Origin: Felis catus
Lineage: Eukaryota
NCBI RefSeq assembly: GCF_018350175.1
Contig: NC_058378.1
Location: 31,558,001 to 31,622,000, forward strand
DNA length: 64,000 nucleotides
Reading direction: 5' to 3'
Positions 12,663-25,275 of this stretch are shown piece by piece (position 1 is the stretch's first letter; each line of letters opens with the position of its first letter). The position numbers and the translations under genes are program-made. Below the pieces are notes generated by a model, which was not told the DNA's origin, did not search any database, and saw nothing but the letters and a program-made list of their open reading frames with translations.

Positions 12663-13145
12663 GTATGGGCCTGCCCACCCATCTGGCTGCCTCATGGGGC
12701 AGCCCAGGGCTTTGCAGGGGAGGAGTAGGAGTGGCTGGGGGCCAACACTATCTCCACCTGATATGTCCATAGCTCGTGCCTCCGTTTCCCCTTAAAGATC
12801 TCTCGGGTGTGGCACCTGCCTGGCCAGAGCCTTGGGGCTGGGGCTGGGAGTGGGGGAGCAGCACCGGGGCAAGGCCTGCACCCTGTAAGGGCTCCCCCGC
12901 TATGCGGGGAGGCAGCCGTGCAGAGCCAGGCGCCTCCCCCACCCCAGCCCCTGCACCGCTGGCACGACATCAGGGACACATGAGATGGGCTGGCCAAAGA
13001 AGGCTTCTTCAGAAGGAGACTTGGGCAAGAGGGGTGCAAAGGCACGGGGGAGGCACGGGCCCTCCAGAGCGTGCCGTCCCTGAGACCCAGCGGAGCGGCG
13101 GGGGCCTGGCGGGACCTGGCCCAAGTCAGCCTGTCCTCCCCCCAG

Positions 13146-13278
13146 GGATCCAGTTCACCAAATACGGCTGCCGGCGCCGGCGAGACCACCACATGGTCCA
13201 GCGGCACCTGTGTGACCACAGGAAGAGGCCCAAGCCCATCCGCCGGCGCTGCAACCAGCACCCATGTGCCCAGCCTGC
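13146..13278 (+). CDS. ADAMTS14: ADAMTS14 exon (TSP1-2): [43 protein letters not shown]
   Basis: ccccag| ... |gtgagt. Confidence 0.96.
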
Positions 13279-14995
13279 GTGAGTGTCCGGGGACGGCCAG
13301 GAGCCTGACCCCTTCCCATGGGCGTCACTGACTCTCTCGTAGCCCTGGGCTGGGGAGGAGGGGCTGCTTCCTCTGGCCCTGAGTGTCCAGGGTCACGGCC
13401 CCTGCACCCGGGACTCCCTGAGCAGAGCAGCCCACACACCGGACTCCGTCCGTGGCCAGTGCTGTCCTCCTTGCCGGTCTGGCCGCATCCGCCCCCGTCT
13501 GTCCCCCTGTGGGGTTTGCGGATTAACTTCCGCTCCCAGAAGAAGGACAATGCTTCCTTTGTTCTGCCCCTTCCAGCATTCTTTTACAGATGGGGAAACA
13601 GAGGCCCACTTTGGGGACACAGCTTTCCCTCGATGATCCGAGGGGACGTTGAGGTGAAGTCGATCTCAGTGCTTCTAGATGCCGGGGCATAGGCCAGGAT
13701 GCTGTCTGGTGGCCCCCACCCATAGTCTAGCCCCTGAGTGGGTTCCCTGACCTGAGGAGACAGGCTCATTTGGGCACAAGATCATGTTCTTGGGCTTATT
13801 TGGAGGGGGCTTCGTGGAGGAGAAGAGCTATGACTTTTCGGGAAGTCGAGGTGTGGCCTTGAGCCCATCACAGAGATGGCCCCAGCGCCTCCCCGGCCCC
13901 AGGAAGAGCGCCCAGTCCACTTTCCTGCCTCCCCAGGAATCTTCTGGGGTCCCAGCCGTCTAACTCGGCCTGGCTGATTCACGGCAGCTCTGCTCCCTGA
14001 GGCTGGGGGGACCTCAGGGCCAGGACAGGAGCTGGGGATCAGTGCAGAGTCCACCGTGGCCTCTCCGTGCCTGGCCCAGGCGGGATCCCCTGCCCCTCAG
14101 TGCTCCACGCTCCCCCTTCACACGGCATGCCGGCCACTGTCTCCACCAACGTCTGTGGCCACAGAGCACGCGGCGCTGACTCGGCTGTGGTCCTGGGCAC
14201 GTCACCGCCCGCCCCCCCCGCCCCCAGCTTCTCATCCGTAAAATGCCAAAGGAAGTTTGGGGCCTTTTTTTGTCTTTTAAAGGAAGGGGTTGGCCGAAAG
14301 AGCCCTCATTCGCTACAAGATGTCTCAGGAACCTGAGAGGGGAGTGGGTTGTGGCCGCCCCTCCCGCCACGCCACCAGAGCCATTTTCGTCTTTGTCTAA
14401 TTCATCCAGTGGTATCTGCTTACGGTGCTCTTGGAAGCTGCTCCGTGGCCAAAAGACGGTGGGAGAGCACCAGCTTAGCTGATCGGCACCAAAACTCTGC
14501 AGGTGCTGACGGCGATAGTAACAGTGCCTGTCTTTATTACATGCCTACTGCATGCATGCACTCTGCCAAGTGCTTTTAAGTATACACGTCCTTTAATTGT
14601 CCCAAGAGCCCCAGGGGCGGGGGGTTCAACTCTACCAGCCATGAATCTCGTGCTGTATCTCAGCACCTAGGACAGTACCTGCCCACACTCCGATATTTAC
14701 AAAGTGCTGAAAAGAATTCTGATGTTCGTAACTTGCCTGCAGACATGCAGGGTGCCAGTTGTAAAGGTGCATCATACCCGTGCATTTTTCAGATGAGGAA
14801 GCAGAGGAGATCATAAGTGACCCCCCCTATGGCAGTTGCAGAGCCCGTGGACGGTTGTCTTGGCTCCCAGCATTCTGAAGCTCAGACCCACTTGCCAGCT
14901 CCTGCCCGCAGCGATTCAGGGGGTGGGAGAGACCCTGGGAGGAAGCGTCCCCATAGTCCCGCCTCTCCTTCACCTTTTGCTTTGTCTGTCTCTAG

Positions 14996-15203
14996 GTGGG
15001 TGATGGAAGAGTGGGGTGCCTGCAGCCGGAGCTGTGGGAAGCTGGGGGTGCAGACCCGGGGGGTTCAGTGCCTGCTGCCCCTCTCCAACGGGACCCACAA
15101 GGCCATGCCGGCCAAGGCCTGCCCTGGGGATCGGCCCGAGGCCCGGCGGCCCTGCCTCCGCGTGCCCTGCCCAGCCCAGTGGCGCACGGGAGCCTGGTCC
15201 CAG
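14996..15203 (+). CDS. ADAMTS14: ADAMTS14 exon (TSP1-3): WVMEEWGACSRSCGKLGVQTRGVQC...CPAQWRTGAWSQ
   Basis: tctctag| ... |gtgagt; TSP1 motifs. Confidence 0.96.
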
Positions 15204-15904
15204 GTGAGTTGTTCTCAGAGGGTGGGAGGGGCTGAGTCAGTGGCCACCTTCTCTGGGGAGTCCGGGAAAAGGTGGGTCGGGGTAGGGAGCTACTAAGAGA
15301 TGTGGTGCTCCCTGCTGGCAGAGAGTCTCTGCCTGAATTTCCCTCCCCACCTCTGATCTGATCTGATCTGAATTTTCTCAAAACTGAGTCCAAGAGCTCC
15401 TATGTGTGCCGGGCCATGGGCCTGGGCTAGGCCTTTATATTCATTCACTATGTGCTCTGACCTAGAACTGGGTCAGAACTAGGAGGCATGGGTTAAGACC
15501 CCCGTGATACAGGTGAGCAAACTGAAGCACTTTCTTGCATTCAAGAAACATTTACCAAATGCCAACTACGTGCCAGGCACGCTGTGCTAGGAATGCCTGG
15601 AATCCATCACCGACTTGTCCTCATGTAACTTACAGTCCAATGAGAGAGACCTAAACCAGTAACAGAAGCATTTACAGATGGCAGTTGGAGCTGTGCGGAA
15701 GTAAATGGGGGTAATGTATCTGGGAGGACCTCCCTGAGGAGGTGACGTTTGTGTTGAGACTTGAAGGCTGAGCCACAGGAAGACCCTTGCCGTGTTCCAG
15801 AAACCAAAGGAGAGTGGGACTGGAGCTAAATGGAAGGGACAGGATGACAGGCAGGCAGGGATCAGTCCTGCAGAGCTTTGTGAAAAGTTAGAATGTATTC
15901 CAAG

Positions 15905-16505
15905 TGGGGCTTCTAGGTGGCTCAGTCAGTTAAGCATCTGAGTCTTGATTTCGGCTCAGGTCATGATCTCACAGTGAATTTGAGCCCTGCGTCGCTCTGT
16001 GCTGACAGCAGGGAGCCTGCTCAGGATTCTGTCTGTCTCTCTCTGCCCCTCCTCTGCTTGTGCTCTCTCGAAATAAATAAAGACAAACTTGAAAAAGAAT
16101 GTATTCTACGAGCAGTGAGAAGCTGTTGAAGGGTTTTAATGCAGATGCTCCAAGCCCTGATTCCAGGTTTAAAGGTCACCTAGCAGCTCTGTAGAAAGTT
16201 CACTGCTGGGAGGCCAGGGTAGGAAAGAGGAGATAATAAGAAGGCTGTGGAATAGCCAGTCCAAGTGTTCCTGCCTGGGCCCTCGAAGTGGCCACAGGGA
16301 AATTTTTGTCTTGAGTTTTCTCTAAAAAATTCATTTGAAGGGTGCCTGGGTGGCTCAGTCGGTTAAGCGTCCAACTTTGGCTCAGGTCATGATCTCAAGG
16401 TTTGTGGGTTCAAGCCCCGCGTCGGGCTCTGGGCTGACAGCTCGGAGCCTGGAACCTGCTTTGGATTCTGTGTCTCCCTCTCTCTCTCTGCCCCTCCCCT
16501 GCTTA

Positions 16506-16545
<40 letters not shown>

Positions 16546-18506
16546 AATAAACATTAAAAAAAATTTTTTTTAATTTTTTTTAATGTTTATTTTTGAGACA
16601 GAGGGACACAGAGTGTGAGTGGAGGAGAGGCAGAGAGAGAGGGAGACACAGAATCTGAGACAGGCTCCAGGCTCTGCGCTGTCAGCACAGAGCCTGATGC
16701 GGGGCTCGAACCCACAAACCGTGAGATCATGACCTGGGCCGAAGTCAGATGCTTAACCGACTGAGCCACCCAGGTGCCCCTAAAAAATTTTTTTAAAAAA
16801 AAATTCATTTGCTGTGACCCTTGAAGGCATTATGCTAAGTGAAATCAGCCAGACACAAAATGATAAATGCTGTATGATTCCACTTACCAAGAGTGGTCAG
16901 GTTTATAGAGACAGAAAGAAGGGTGGTGGGTGCTTGGGGCTGGAGGAGAGGGCATGGGGAGTCCGTGTTTAATGGGGACAGGGTTTCAGCTTAGGAAGAA
17001 GGAGAAAGTTCTGGACGTGGAGGTGGTGATGGTTGTACAACATTGTGAATGTACTTAATGTCACTGAACCATGCACTTAAAAATGGTTAAAATAGAGGCG
17101 CCTGGGTGGCTCAGTCGGTTTAGCGTCCGACTTCGGCTCAGGTCATGATCTCATGGTCTGTGAGTTCGAGCCCCGCGTCAGGCTCTGTGCTGACAGCTCA
17201 GAGCCTGGAGCCTGTTTCAGATTCTGTGTCTCCCTCTCTCTCTGCCCCTCCCCTGTTCACGCTCTGTCTCTGTCTCAAAAATAAAAATTAAAAAAACGTT
17301 AAAAAAATGGTTAAAATAGTGTTATGATATATATATATTTTACCATAATTTTTAAAACCTCTGGTCACAAAGATAAGTACAACAATACTTAATTGTAATA
17401 GCGGAATATCAGCAAATACCCTAAATGTCCATCTCTAGGAGACTGGACCAAAAAAATCATGGTCTGGGTGCCTGGGTGGCTCAGTTGGTTAAGTGTCTGA
17501 GTTGACTCAGGTCATGATCTCACGGTTCATGAGTTCGAGCCCCGCATGGAGCTCTGTGCTGACAGCTCAGAGCCTGGAGCTGCTTTGGATTCTGTGTCTC
17601 TTTCTCTTTCTGCCCCTCCCCTACTCTCTCTGTCTCTGTCTCTGTCTCTGTCTCTCTCTCTCAAAAATAAGTAAATATTTTAAAAATGTCAAAAAAAATC
17701 ATGGTCTGGTCATACAATAAAAGCTTGAAGTATACTTACCAATGTGGATAAACCTCAGAGAAATAGGTAAGAAAACTGAAATATGAAGGCAGATCACTTC
17801 CAATGAGATACCATGCACATAAAGTTTAAAGAGGCACAACACGGTATTTGAAAATCTGCCAGAGTGCTGATATATTCAAGCTGCTGGCGGTATGTGAACA
17901 GGCTTTCGTGACCAGGCTTCCTCATACTTTTCTGGATGCTTAGAATATTGCATAAGGAAGCGTATTTTTAAATACCCCAAATCCCCGCACAATGTAGGCA
18001 GATTTTGTTTTCTTCTCCTCAACACACAGCTTTATTTGTTTGAATATAAAACAGAAGACTGCTGGCCCACAAAGGGCCCTTAGGTAACACTGGCAGTGAG
18101 GTGACAGGTGGTGGAAGACTGTTGCCCCTGTGAGACCGACAGAGCGTTCAGGAGCTGTTGGCATTATTCATCCTTGGGGGAGGAGCCATCCAGTCCCACG
18201 GTTTGTGTGGCCCTTAACGCTCGTGTCTCCCTCGGGCCCAGCAGGAGAAGTACATTTCTGTGGCCTCTTCCCCGTCCTGTGGCCTGGTCACATGGTGCAG
18301 CCTTGCTTTTGGGGAGCCCCCGCCACCAGCCTCCGTCCCTCAGAGGAGGTGAGGCCTGGGGGTGACGTGCGCAGCAGGCCCTGCAAACTGTTTGCCTCCG
18401 GCTCCTTTGTGCCCACACCTTTCCCTTTTGGGGAAGAAGATGCTTTTTTTTTTTAATGTTTTATTTATTTTTTTTTAAGAGACACAGTGTGAATGGGGGG
18501 GGGCAC

Positions 18507-18551
<45 letters not shown>

Positions 18552-19281
18552 CTGAAGCAGGTTCCAGGCTCTGAGCTGTCAGCACAGAGCCCACGCGGGG
18601 CTCGAACCCATGAACCTTGAGATCACGACCTGAGCCGAAGTCAGATGCTTAACTGACTGAGCCACCCAGGCACCCCAGGAGACACTTTTTTTTTAAAGTT
18701 TACTTATTTATTTTGAGAGAGAGAGAGTGCATGAGCTGGGGAGGGGCAGAGAGAAAGGGAGAGAGAGAAAATCCTAAGCAGCAGTTTCCATGCTGTCAGC
18801 GGAGTGCCCGACACGGGGCTCAAACCCATGAACCGTGAGATCATGTGTGACCTGAGCCGAAATCAAGCGTCAGACGCTTAACCGACTGAGCCACCCAGGT
18901 GCCCCGGAAGACACTTGTGAACATGCCTCTGTCAGCTGAGTTTTGGTATGTTGAGGCACAGAGTCACCGAATGTCAGAGCTAAAGGGGTTCATAGCGACC
19001 CTGTCACCCAGGTCTCTCAGTTTAGCAAGTGTCACAATCCGGGTCCTTACATCCCATTATTAAAAAAAAAAAAAATTTAATGTTTATTTATTTTTGAGAG
19101 CGAGAGAGAGACAGAGTGTGAGGGAGGAGGGGCAGAGAGAGAGGGAGACACAGAATCCGAAGCAGGCTCCGGGCTCCGAGCTGTCAGCACACAGCCCATG
19201 CAGGGCTTGAACTCACTGACCGTGAGATCATGACCTGAACTGAAGACGGACGACCAACCGACTGAGCCACCCAGGCGCCCC
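15905..19281. mobile_element. Cluster of eight Can-SINEs: about 15905(+), 16337(+), 16570(-), 17097(+), 17465(+), 18445(-), 18686(-), 19065(-)
   Basis: Each has a recognisable SINEC head and body, with an A or T tail. Confidence 0.9.
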
Positions 19282-19728
19282 CGCTTACATCCCATTATTA
19301 AGATATCATCAAGTGGACCTACTTCAGGTCCCTCAGGCTGGTGGATCACAATAGGGGAGTTTGCCAGAATGATCCACAAAATATTTAAGGACCCAGGCAC
19401 AGGCCGGACATGGTAGACACAGGCAAAAGTGCTGGAATGGGGTTCTGGAGGTCCCCTCCTGAACCAGGGTTAACCACGTAGGTGACAGGAAGGTTCGGCC
19501 ATTCGCCTGGCACAGGAATACGGACAGCTGGTGTTTCTGTCCTCCTGAGGCTACTTGGAGCGGTCCTTGCATATCCCTCTGGTCAGTAGAAACGCGGGGC
19601 CCTCCTCCGTACCTTTCCGTCCTGGGCATTGGCTAGACTCTGGAGCTCACTGCTCCCTTCCTCTTGTCTCTCCACCTACCCCTCCCCGGCCACTGTGGCT
19701 TGACCCGGCCCCGGCCTTCCCGCGACAG

Positions 19729-19858
19729 TGCTCCGCCACCTGCGGGGAGGGCATCCAGCAGCGGCAGGTCGTGTGCCGGACCAACGCCAACAGTCTTGGG
19801 CAGTGTGAGGGGGAGAAGCCGGACACTGTCCAGGTCTGCAGCCTTCCCCCCTGTGGAG
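19729..19858 (+). CDS. ADAMTS14: ADAMTS14 exon (TSP1-4): CSATCGEGIQQRQVVCRTNANSLGQCEGEKPDTVQVCSLPPCG
   Basis: gacag| ... |gtgagc; CSxTCGxG motif. Confidence 0.96.
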
Positions 19859-19985
19859 GTGAGCTGGATAGGATGGGGGAGGGGGGCAGGCCCAGCTCCT
19901 CCGGCCTAGACCTGAAGCTCAGCCCAGCTTGCATCCTTGCCCCCTAGAAATCCCCAGTGCTAGAACTGCTTGTCCCCACTCACAG

Positions 19986-20096
19986 GCAATCTCCAGAACT
20001 CTACAGCGAGAGCTGACGTTCGGGAACTTGTGACCCCAGAAGGACAGTGGGTGCCACAGTCTGGGCCCCTACATCCCATAAACAAGATATTATCAA
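19986..20096 (+). CDS. ADAMTS14: ADAMTS14 exon (linker): NLQNSTARADVRELVTPEGQWVPQSGPLHPINKILS
   Basis: cacag| ... |gtaagt; matches the recalled human linker. Confidence 0.94.
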
Positions 20097-20653
20097 GTAA
20101 GTGTGTATCTGTCTGGACCCAACCCCCAGCCCAAACCTTCCAGTGGTCGCCATGTCGCAAGCACAGGCCATGCAGTGGAACAGCCCGAATTTCCAGGCTG
20201 TCCGTGTGACCTCAGCCTCCTGGAGCCTCAGATCCCTCAGCTGTGGGCTGGGGGGTGCTACCCATACGGGTCCACAGTCCCTTACCTGCGATTCCAAAAT
20301 GTTGAAAGCTGCAAGTGGTGCCCTAAATTCGGTGCAGACTCGTTTCGCAGCAGAGCCTGGCCTGACCCAACAAGAGATCAATTATTCTTTTGCTACAGAA
20401 ACATTGCTGTAGTTATAAGGGGATATCCCACTCCCTATGACAGATGTTCTATGATATGAATATTACTTTTCTAACCTCAGAAGTTCTGAATTATCAGTCA
20501 TATCTGGTTTCAAGGTTTTGGGATAAGCAATTGTAGATCCGAGCTGTCTTCGTAGGGTTGTTGAATTAAATGAGATAATGCACGCACTCCTGCCTAGCTG
20601 TCAGATAACAAAAATGGTGGTAGTACTTTCTCTCTGCCTCATGATCAGGAGCC

Positions 20654-21097
20654 NNNNNNNNNNNNNNNNNNNNNNNNNNNNNNNNNNNNNNNNNNNNNNN
20701 NNNNNNNNNNNNNNNNNNNNNNNNNNNNNNNNNNNNNNNNNNNNNNNNNNNNNNNNNNNNNNNNNNNNNNNNNNNNNNNNNNNNNNNNNNNNNNNNNNNN
20801 NNNNNNNNNNNNNNNNNNNNNNNNNNNNNNNNNNNNNNNNNNNNNNNNNNNNNNNNNNNNNNNNNNNNNNNNNNNNNNNNNNNNNNNNNNNNNNNNNNNN
20901 NNNNNNNNNNNNNNNNNNNNNNNNNNNNNNNNNNNNNNNNNNNNNNNNNNNNNNNNNNNNNNNNNNNNNNNNNNNNNNNNNNNNNNNNNNNNNNNNNNNN
21001 NNNNNNNNNNNNNNNNNNNNNNNNNNNNNNNNNNNNNNNNNNNNNNNNNNNNNNNNNNNNNNNNNNNNNNNNNNNNNNNNNNNNNNNNNNNNNNNNN
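20654..21097. other. Assembly gap (N)
   Basis: N run. Confidence 1.
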
Positions 21098-21538
21098 ATC
21101 TGCTATATACCAGGCCATATACTTCCTTCCTAGATTCTTTCTCTCTCTCTTTTCCTACTTCATCTTCTCAAGGACCAGGGTCTGACAAGACAAGTAGCAG
21201 AAAAATCACAGACTGTAAATTCTAGCTGGAGGACCAACTGGCTATGTGACCATGTGCAGATCCCTAAACCTCTCTGAGCTCAGCTCATCAATCATCTCAC
21301 TCGATGTCCACAGAGGATCTTCTGGCTTCAGGCCTGGCTGCCCCTCCGCCCCTGCTCTGAGACCCAGGCTGCACAAGTGCCAGATAGCCTTCCCTTTTCT
21401 GTCCAGGAGCAAAGGGTCGGCTCTGATTCTGGTCCTAGAATTCTGGCGCCATCTAGAGGCCACTGGCTTTCCTTTTTTTTTTTTTTCCTAATTTTCCTGT
21501 TGCCCTAAACCAGCCCCCAACCCTCTGCCCCATCCCTA

Positions 21539-21540
<2 letters not shown>

Positions 21541-21570
<30 letters not shown>
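21541..21570. repeat. (CA)15 microsatellite
   Basis: Read directly from the sequence. Confidence 0.95.
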
Positions 21571-21574
<4 letters not shown>

Positions 21575-22139
21575 ATTAGCAGAAAGCAAAGTTCCTGCCT
21601 TCACATTGTCTGGAGAGACCTACCTGGAATTATCACAGAAACACAAAACGATTTTTAGATATCTGAACCAAAGCAAATGAAAGTTATATAGTGGGCACCC
21701 CTATATGCCAGGAACTTTATAAATGTTATTTATAATCATAATGTTATTGTTCATTGGTAAGTGTCTAGCATTATCCCCATTTTATAGGAGAGGAGACTGA
21801 GGGTTGGAGAGCTTCAGTAACTTGCCCAAGGGCTCACACTTTTTCAGTGGTGGAGCCTCAGTTGGAACCCAGATCTGCTTGATTCCAGATTTATCGGTGG
21901 AGGGCTTAGTGTTCCAAATGTGTGTTGACGGGTGGCAGGATGTTGCCTCGGCTTGCCCCAAGTGTGGGTTACCTGGGCATTTGCCTGGCCCTAGCCCGAG
22001 TGGATCAGTTCCTTTGGGTGGATTGGGAGGGGACCAGGATTCCTACTTCATTGAGAGCAGGGTTTCCAAGCTTTGCTGCAGGTCAGAACCACCCAGCGCC
22101 CAGGCCACACTGGCCATCCATCTGACGACTACTGATGTA

Positions 22140-22332
22140 GGCCCGTGGTTCTCAGATTGGTCCACGCATTGGAGTCACTTGAAGGTTTTGTTGAAACGCA
22201 GAACTAAGCCCCACGCCCAGAACTTCTGACTCGGTAGGTCTGGATGGGGCCTGAGAATTGGCATTGCTCACCAGCTTCCAGACGATGCCGATGCTTCATG
22301 TGTGAAGACCCTTTTTGAGAACCACTGCTCTA
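22140..22332. mobile_element. MER5-like hAT MITE
   Basis: ttctcag...gtaggtctggatggggcctgagaatt...tttgagaaccactgctcta. Confidence 0.75.
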
Positions 22333-22532
22333 GGGGATTTCAGTTCCTCTTCCATAAAATAAGGGCTCTTACTCTGGCCAGTCTCTCCCTTCAGGCAGGC
22401 CCGTGGCGCCCTCCAGGGCAAAGCTTTAGAGCAGGTCCAGCAAGGGCGGGAGCTGGAGGCCGGCGGTTGGGGGGGCCGAGTGGGAGATGGAGGCGTCCTC
22501 CCGGCAGTGGTCCTTGTGCCATATGCGTGCAG

Positions 22533-23014
22533 CAGAGCCCTGCGTGGGGGACCGGTCCATCTTCTGCCAGACGGAAGCACTCGATCGCTACTGCTCCATG
22601 CCCGGCTACCACCGGCTGTGCTGTGAGTCCTGTTCCAAGACGGCCCTGGGCCCCGACACCAGCCCGGACCCTGGCCTGGCCTCGCCGCCACCATTCTCTA
22701 CTCCCGGGAGTCCGAAGTCCCCTCCAGATGCTGTGGAGCCCACCGTGGGAACAACAGGGTCAGATGCCCATCAGCACGGCCAGCCCACACAACTCCCGAG
22801 ACCTCTGGGCACCAGCCCCCCGGTGACCCAGCACCGCTTTACTCCCCAGACACTGGGCCCCAGAGCAGCTGGGGGCACTTCCCCTGGCACCCCCCGGGGA
22901 CTGCCTTGGGGCTGGACCAGGGCACCTGTGCCAGTCTCCGAGGAAAAAGGGCGGCTCGGGGAAGACCCGAAGCACCCAGGCACCAGCCTTCCCGCCACCT
23001 CCCTGGGGACATGA
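22533..23014 (+). CDS. ADAMTS14: ADAMTS14 last coding exon: PLAC domain ([12 protein letters not shown]...[16 protein letters not shown]) and Pro-rich tail ending ATSLGT*
   Basis: gtgcag| acceptor; PLAC cysteine pattern; TGA at 23012-23014. Confidence 0.95.
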
Positions 23015-24547
23015 GCCCCGCCTCGCCTATCCCTCCAGTCAAGTTTACACTGTGTGCTGCCTCAGAGACCGCCAGCTCAGAGGACATGCAGCGGGGGCAG
23101 CGGCAAACACAGACTTCCTTCTAAATTATTTGCCTTCTTGTTGTTCTAGTTTGGGGGCTGTGACACTTGAGCCCGTGAAGCGGGCGCGTGAGGAAGAAAA
23201 AGATCAGGGGAAACCCTAACCGGAGATACCTCAGCAAGCAGCCAGGGGGACAGTCGCACCTCTCAGGGGCTCCCCGTCTGTCTCTTGGCAGGACTGAGGG
23301 CCAGCTAGCACCCCACCCCTCCCCCACCCCGGATCCTTCCAGCTGCCTGCCTTTGCCAGAACTTGTGGGGTCCACTGTGGAGGCCCTGTCTATCTGGCCC
23401 CTCTGCCCAGAGAGGCAAAGCGGGACCAGGGAAGGTGAGGGGGGAGCACTCTCAGGGCAGTCCACGAGGAAGGGGGCGAGGGGTGAGTGCGGTCATGACG
23501 CTCAGGCTGCAGGGCCGGGGTGGGTGGGAGGCGAGTTCGTCTCAGGCCCAGCTCTTCATAGCAAGAGCGCCACACAGCTCCTCCAGCCAAGGCCAAGGCC
23601 AAGGCCAGAACCCACCTCGCCCTCGCTGGCCGGAAGGCAGTGTTGGTGACCACCTCTGCCCCACGCACATGGCACCTCCTGTTACCTCCGGTGCATCCCA
23701 ACCTCACCCGGTCCAGCCCAGAGAAGGGGGCCCCGGACAGTCTGGAATGCGTGTTCTCATCATCCGGGGCGTTCACAACTGGTGCTAGACCCCTGGCTGC
23801 ACCAGGAAGGTCAACTTCGGTCGTCACTTTGCAGCATGAAAGGAGCCTGGCCCGGAAGGTGACTCTCTGGGACACAGGGATGTGAGTTCTCAGGTTGTGC
23901 CCCATCCATCATCGTCCTCTGCCGAAGACCACACCTGCTGGAGTCAGGGGTCTTCTCCCACCTGGCCAGGGCTGGGCCAGAAGTTTGTGGTGCTAGGGTA
24001 ACGGGGTGCAGTCAGGTCCCAAGGCTGAGGACCACAGTCCACCCAGGCCCAAGCCCCAGGGCAGGATGTGAGCCTTTGCCCCATGCCTGGCGGGGGGGAG
24101 GGAGGTGACATGACCCACAGCGCAGTGGGACCTCAGCTACCCTCCGTGTTACCTCCAAAGGCAGGTAACTTCCCTAGACCCCCTGGCTCCCAGGAAGCCC
24201 CTTGGGGTGCCAGGATTTCTCCCAAGGGTCCTCATTCCCAGTCACACAGAGGGTGTCCCGGACTCCTCAGCAGGTGACAGAGGTGCTTGCCTGCCTGCCT
24301 TCCTGGGGGCAGGGGGGCTGTTCTGAGCCAGGCTAGAGGCCTAGGAGCAGTGGGTCCCCACCCCCACAACCCCTGGAGAACAGAGGCCCGGAGGGGGCTC
24401 CCCAGCCGTCCTCTCCACCCGCTGCCACCCCCTCCCTGGGCCGCTGGGGCACACACTGAAATCATTCCTGTGAGACCCAGCCTGCCGGCGTTAGGGGTGT
24501 AACTTCCCGTGCCTCTGAGATCCGGATCTTTACACGTTTATGTATTT

Positions 24548-24620
24548 ATTAACATTGTCCTTGGTGTTTCGTTTTGGACCCCCAGATGGCGTGTTGTGTT
24601 TTTCTCGTTGTCTCTGTTTT
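24548..24620 (+). terminator. Candidate ADAMTS14 polyadenylation region: non-canonical ATTAAC followed by GU/U-rich elements
   Basis: TATTTATTAAC at 24543-24553 is followed by TGTCCTTGGTGTTTCGTTTT and GTGTTGTGTTTTT. I found no AATAAA or ATTAAA between the stop codon and 25255. Confidence 0.35.
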
Positions 24621-25061
24621 AGAGGAAAAGGACGGTGAAGCCTCCCTGTCATGTACTCTGCTGGGCAAGGTGCCTGGGGTAGGGGACGGATGGGGGAGCA
24701 AAGCCGCAGAAGCTCGACCCTCAGCTTCCCTGCCTCGGCCTCACTCGCTCTTGGGCTCCTCGGAGCACCAGCTCAGGGAAGAGAGGCCAGAACAGCACCG
24801 TGGGCCAGGGCGGGTGCCGCCCTCGAGTAGCTCTGTGGCCTTGGGCAGGTCACCATCCGCGTGGAAGTGCCGGGGAGGTAGTTTTGGGGTGTGCATAGGG
24901 ACAGCAAGGGGTGGCTTCCCTAGAGGGGGGGGGGCGAGCACTCTTTCCCTGGAAAAGTCCAGGCGGAATGAGAGGGCCGGATAGGCGGGGGAAGGGACGT
25001 GACGCCGGGGGAGCAGGGAGGGCTGGCACGTAGCAGGAATAACTTAAAACCACCCATCCGT

Positions 25062-25275
25062 GGGGGCGCCTGGGTGGCTCAGTTGGTTAGGCCTCCGACT
25101 CTTGATGTCGGCTCAGGTTATGATCTCGCGGCTCGTGAGTTCAAGCCCTGATTTGGGCTCCGTGCTGACAGTGTGGGATTCTCCCCTTCCCCCCTCTCTC
25201 TCTCTGCCCCTCCTCTGCTCGTGTGTGTGCGTGCGCACGCGCTCTCTCTCTCAAAATAAACATTAAAAAATCATT
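25062..25275 (+). mobile_element. Can-SINE with an approximate TSD (..accaNccatccgtg)
   Basis: SINEC sequence; its tail contains AATAAA at 25255. Confidence 0.9.

Larger units (their letters stand above)
735..23014 (+). other. ADAMTS14: ADAMTS14 gene, 3' part: 11 coding exons (TSP1 end, Cys-rich, spacer, three TSP1 repeats, PLAC, Pro-rich tail); 5' part lies upstream of the window
   Basis: The exons join in frame through GT-AG introns: 1912 nt = 1 + 637 codons including the stop. The translation closely matches recalled human ADAMTS14. Confidence 0.97.

Noticed and set aside
23585-23604. (CCAAGG)n repeat resembling stacked NR5A sites in the ADAMTS14 3'UTR
   Set aside because: A short simple repeat with no positional support for regulation.
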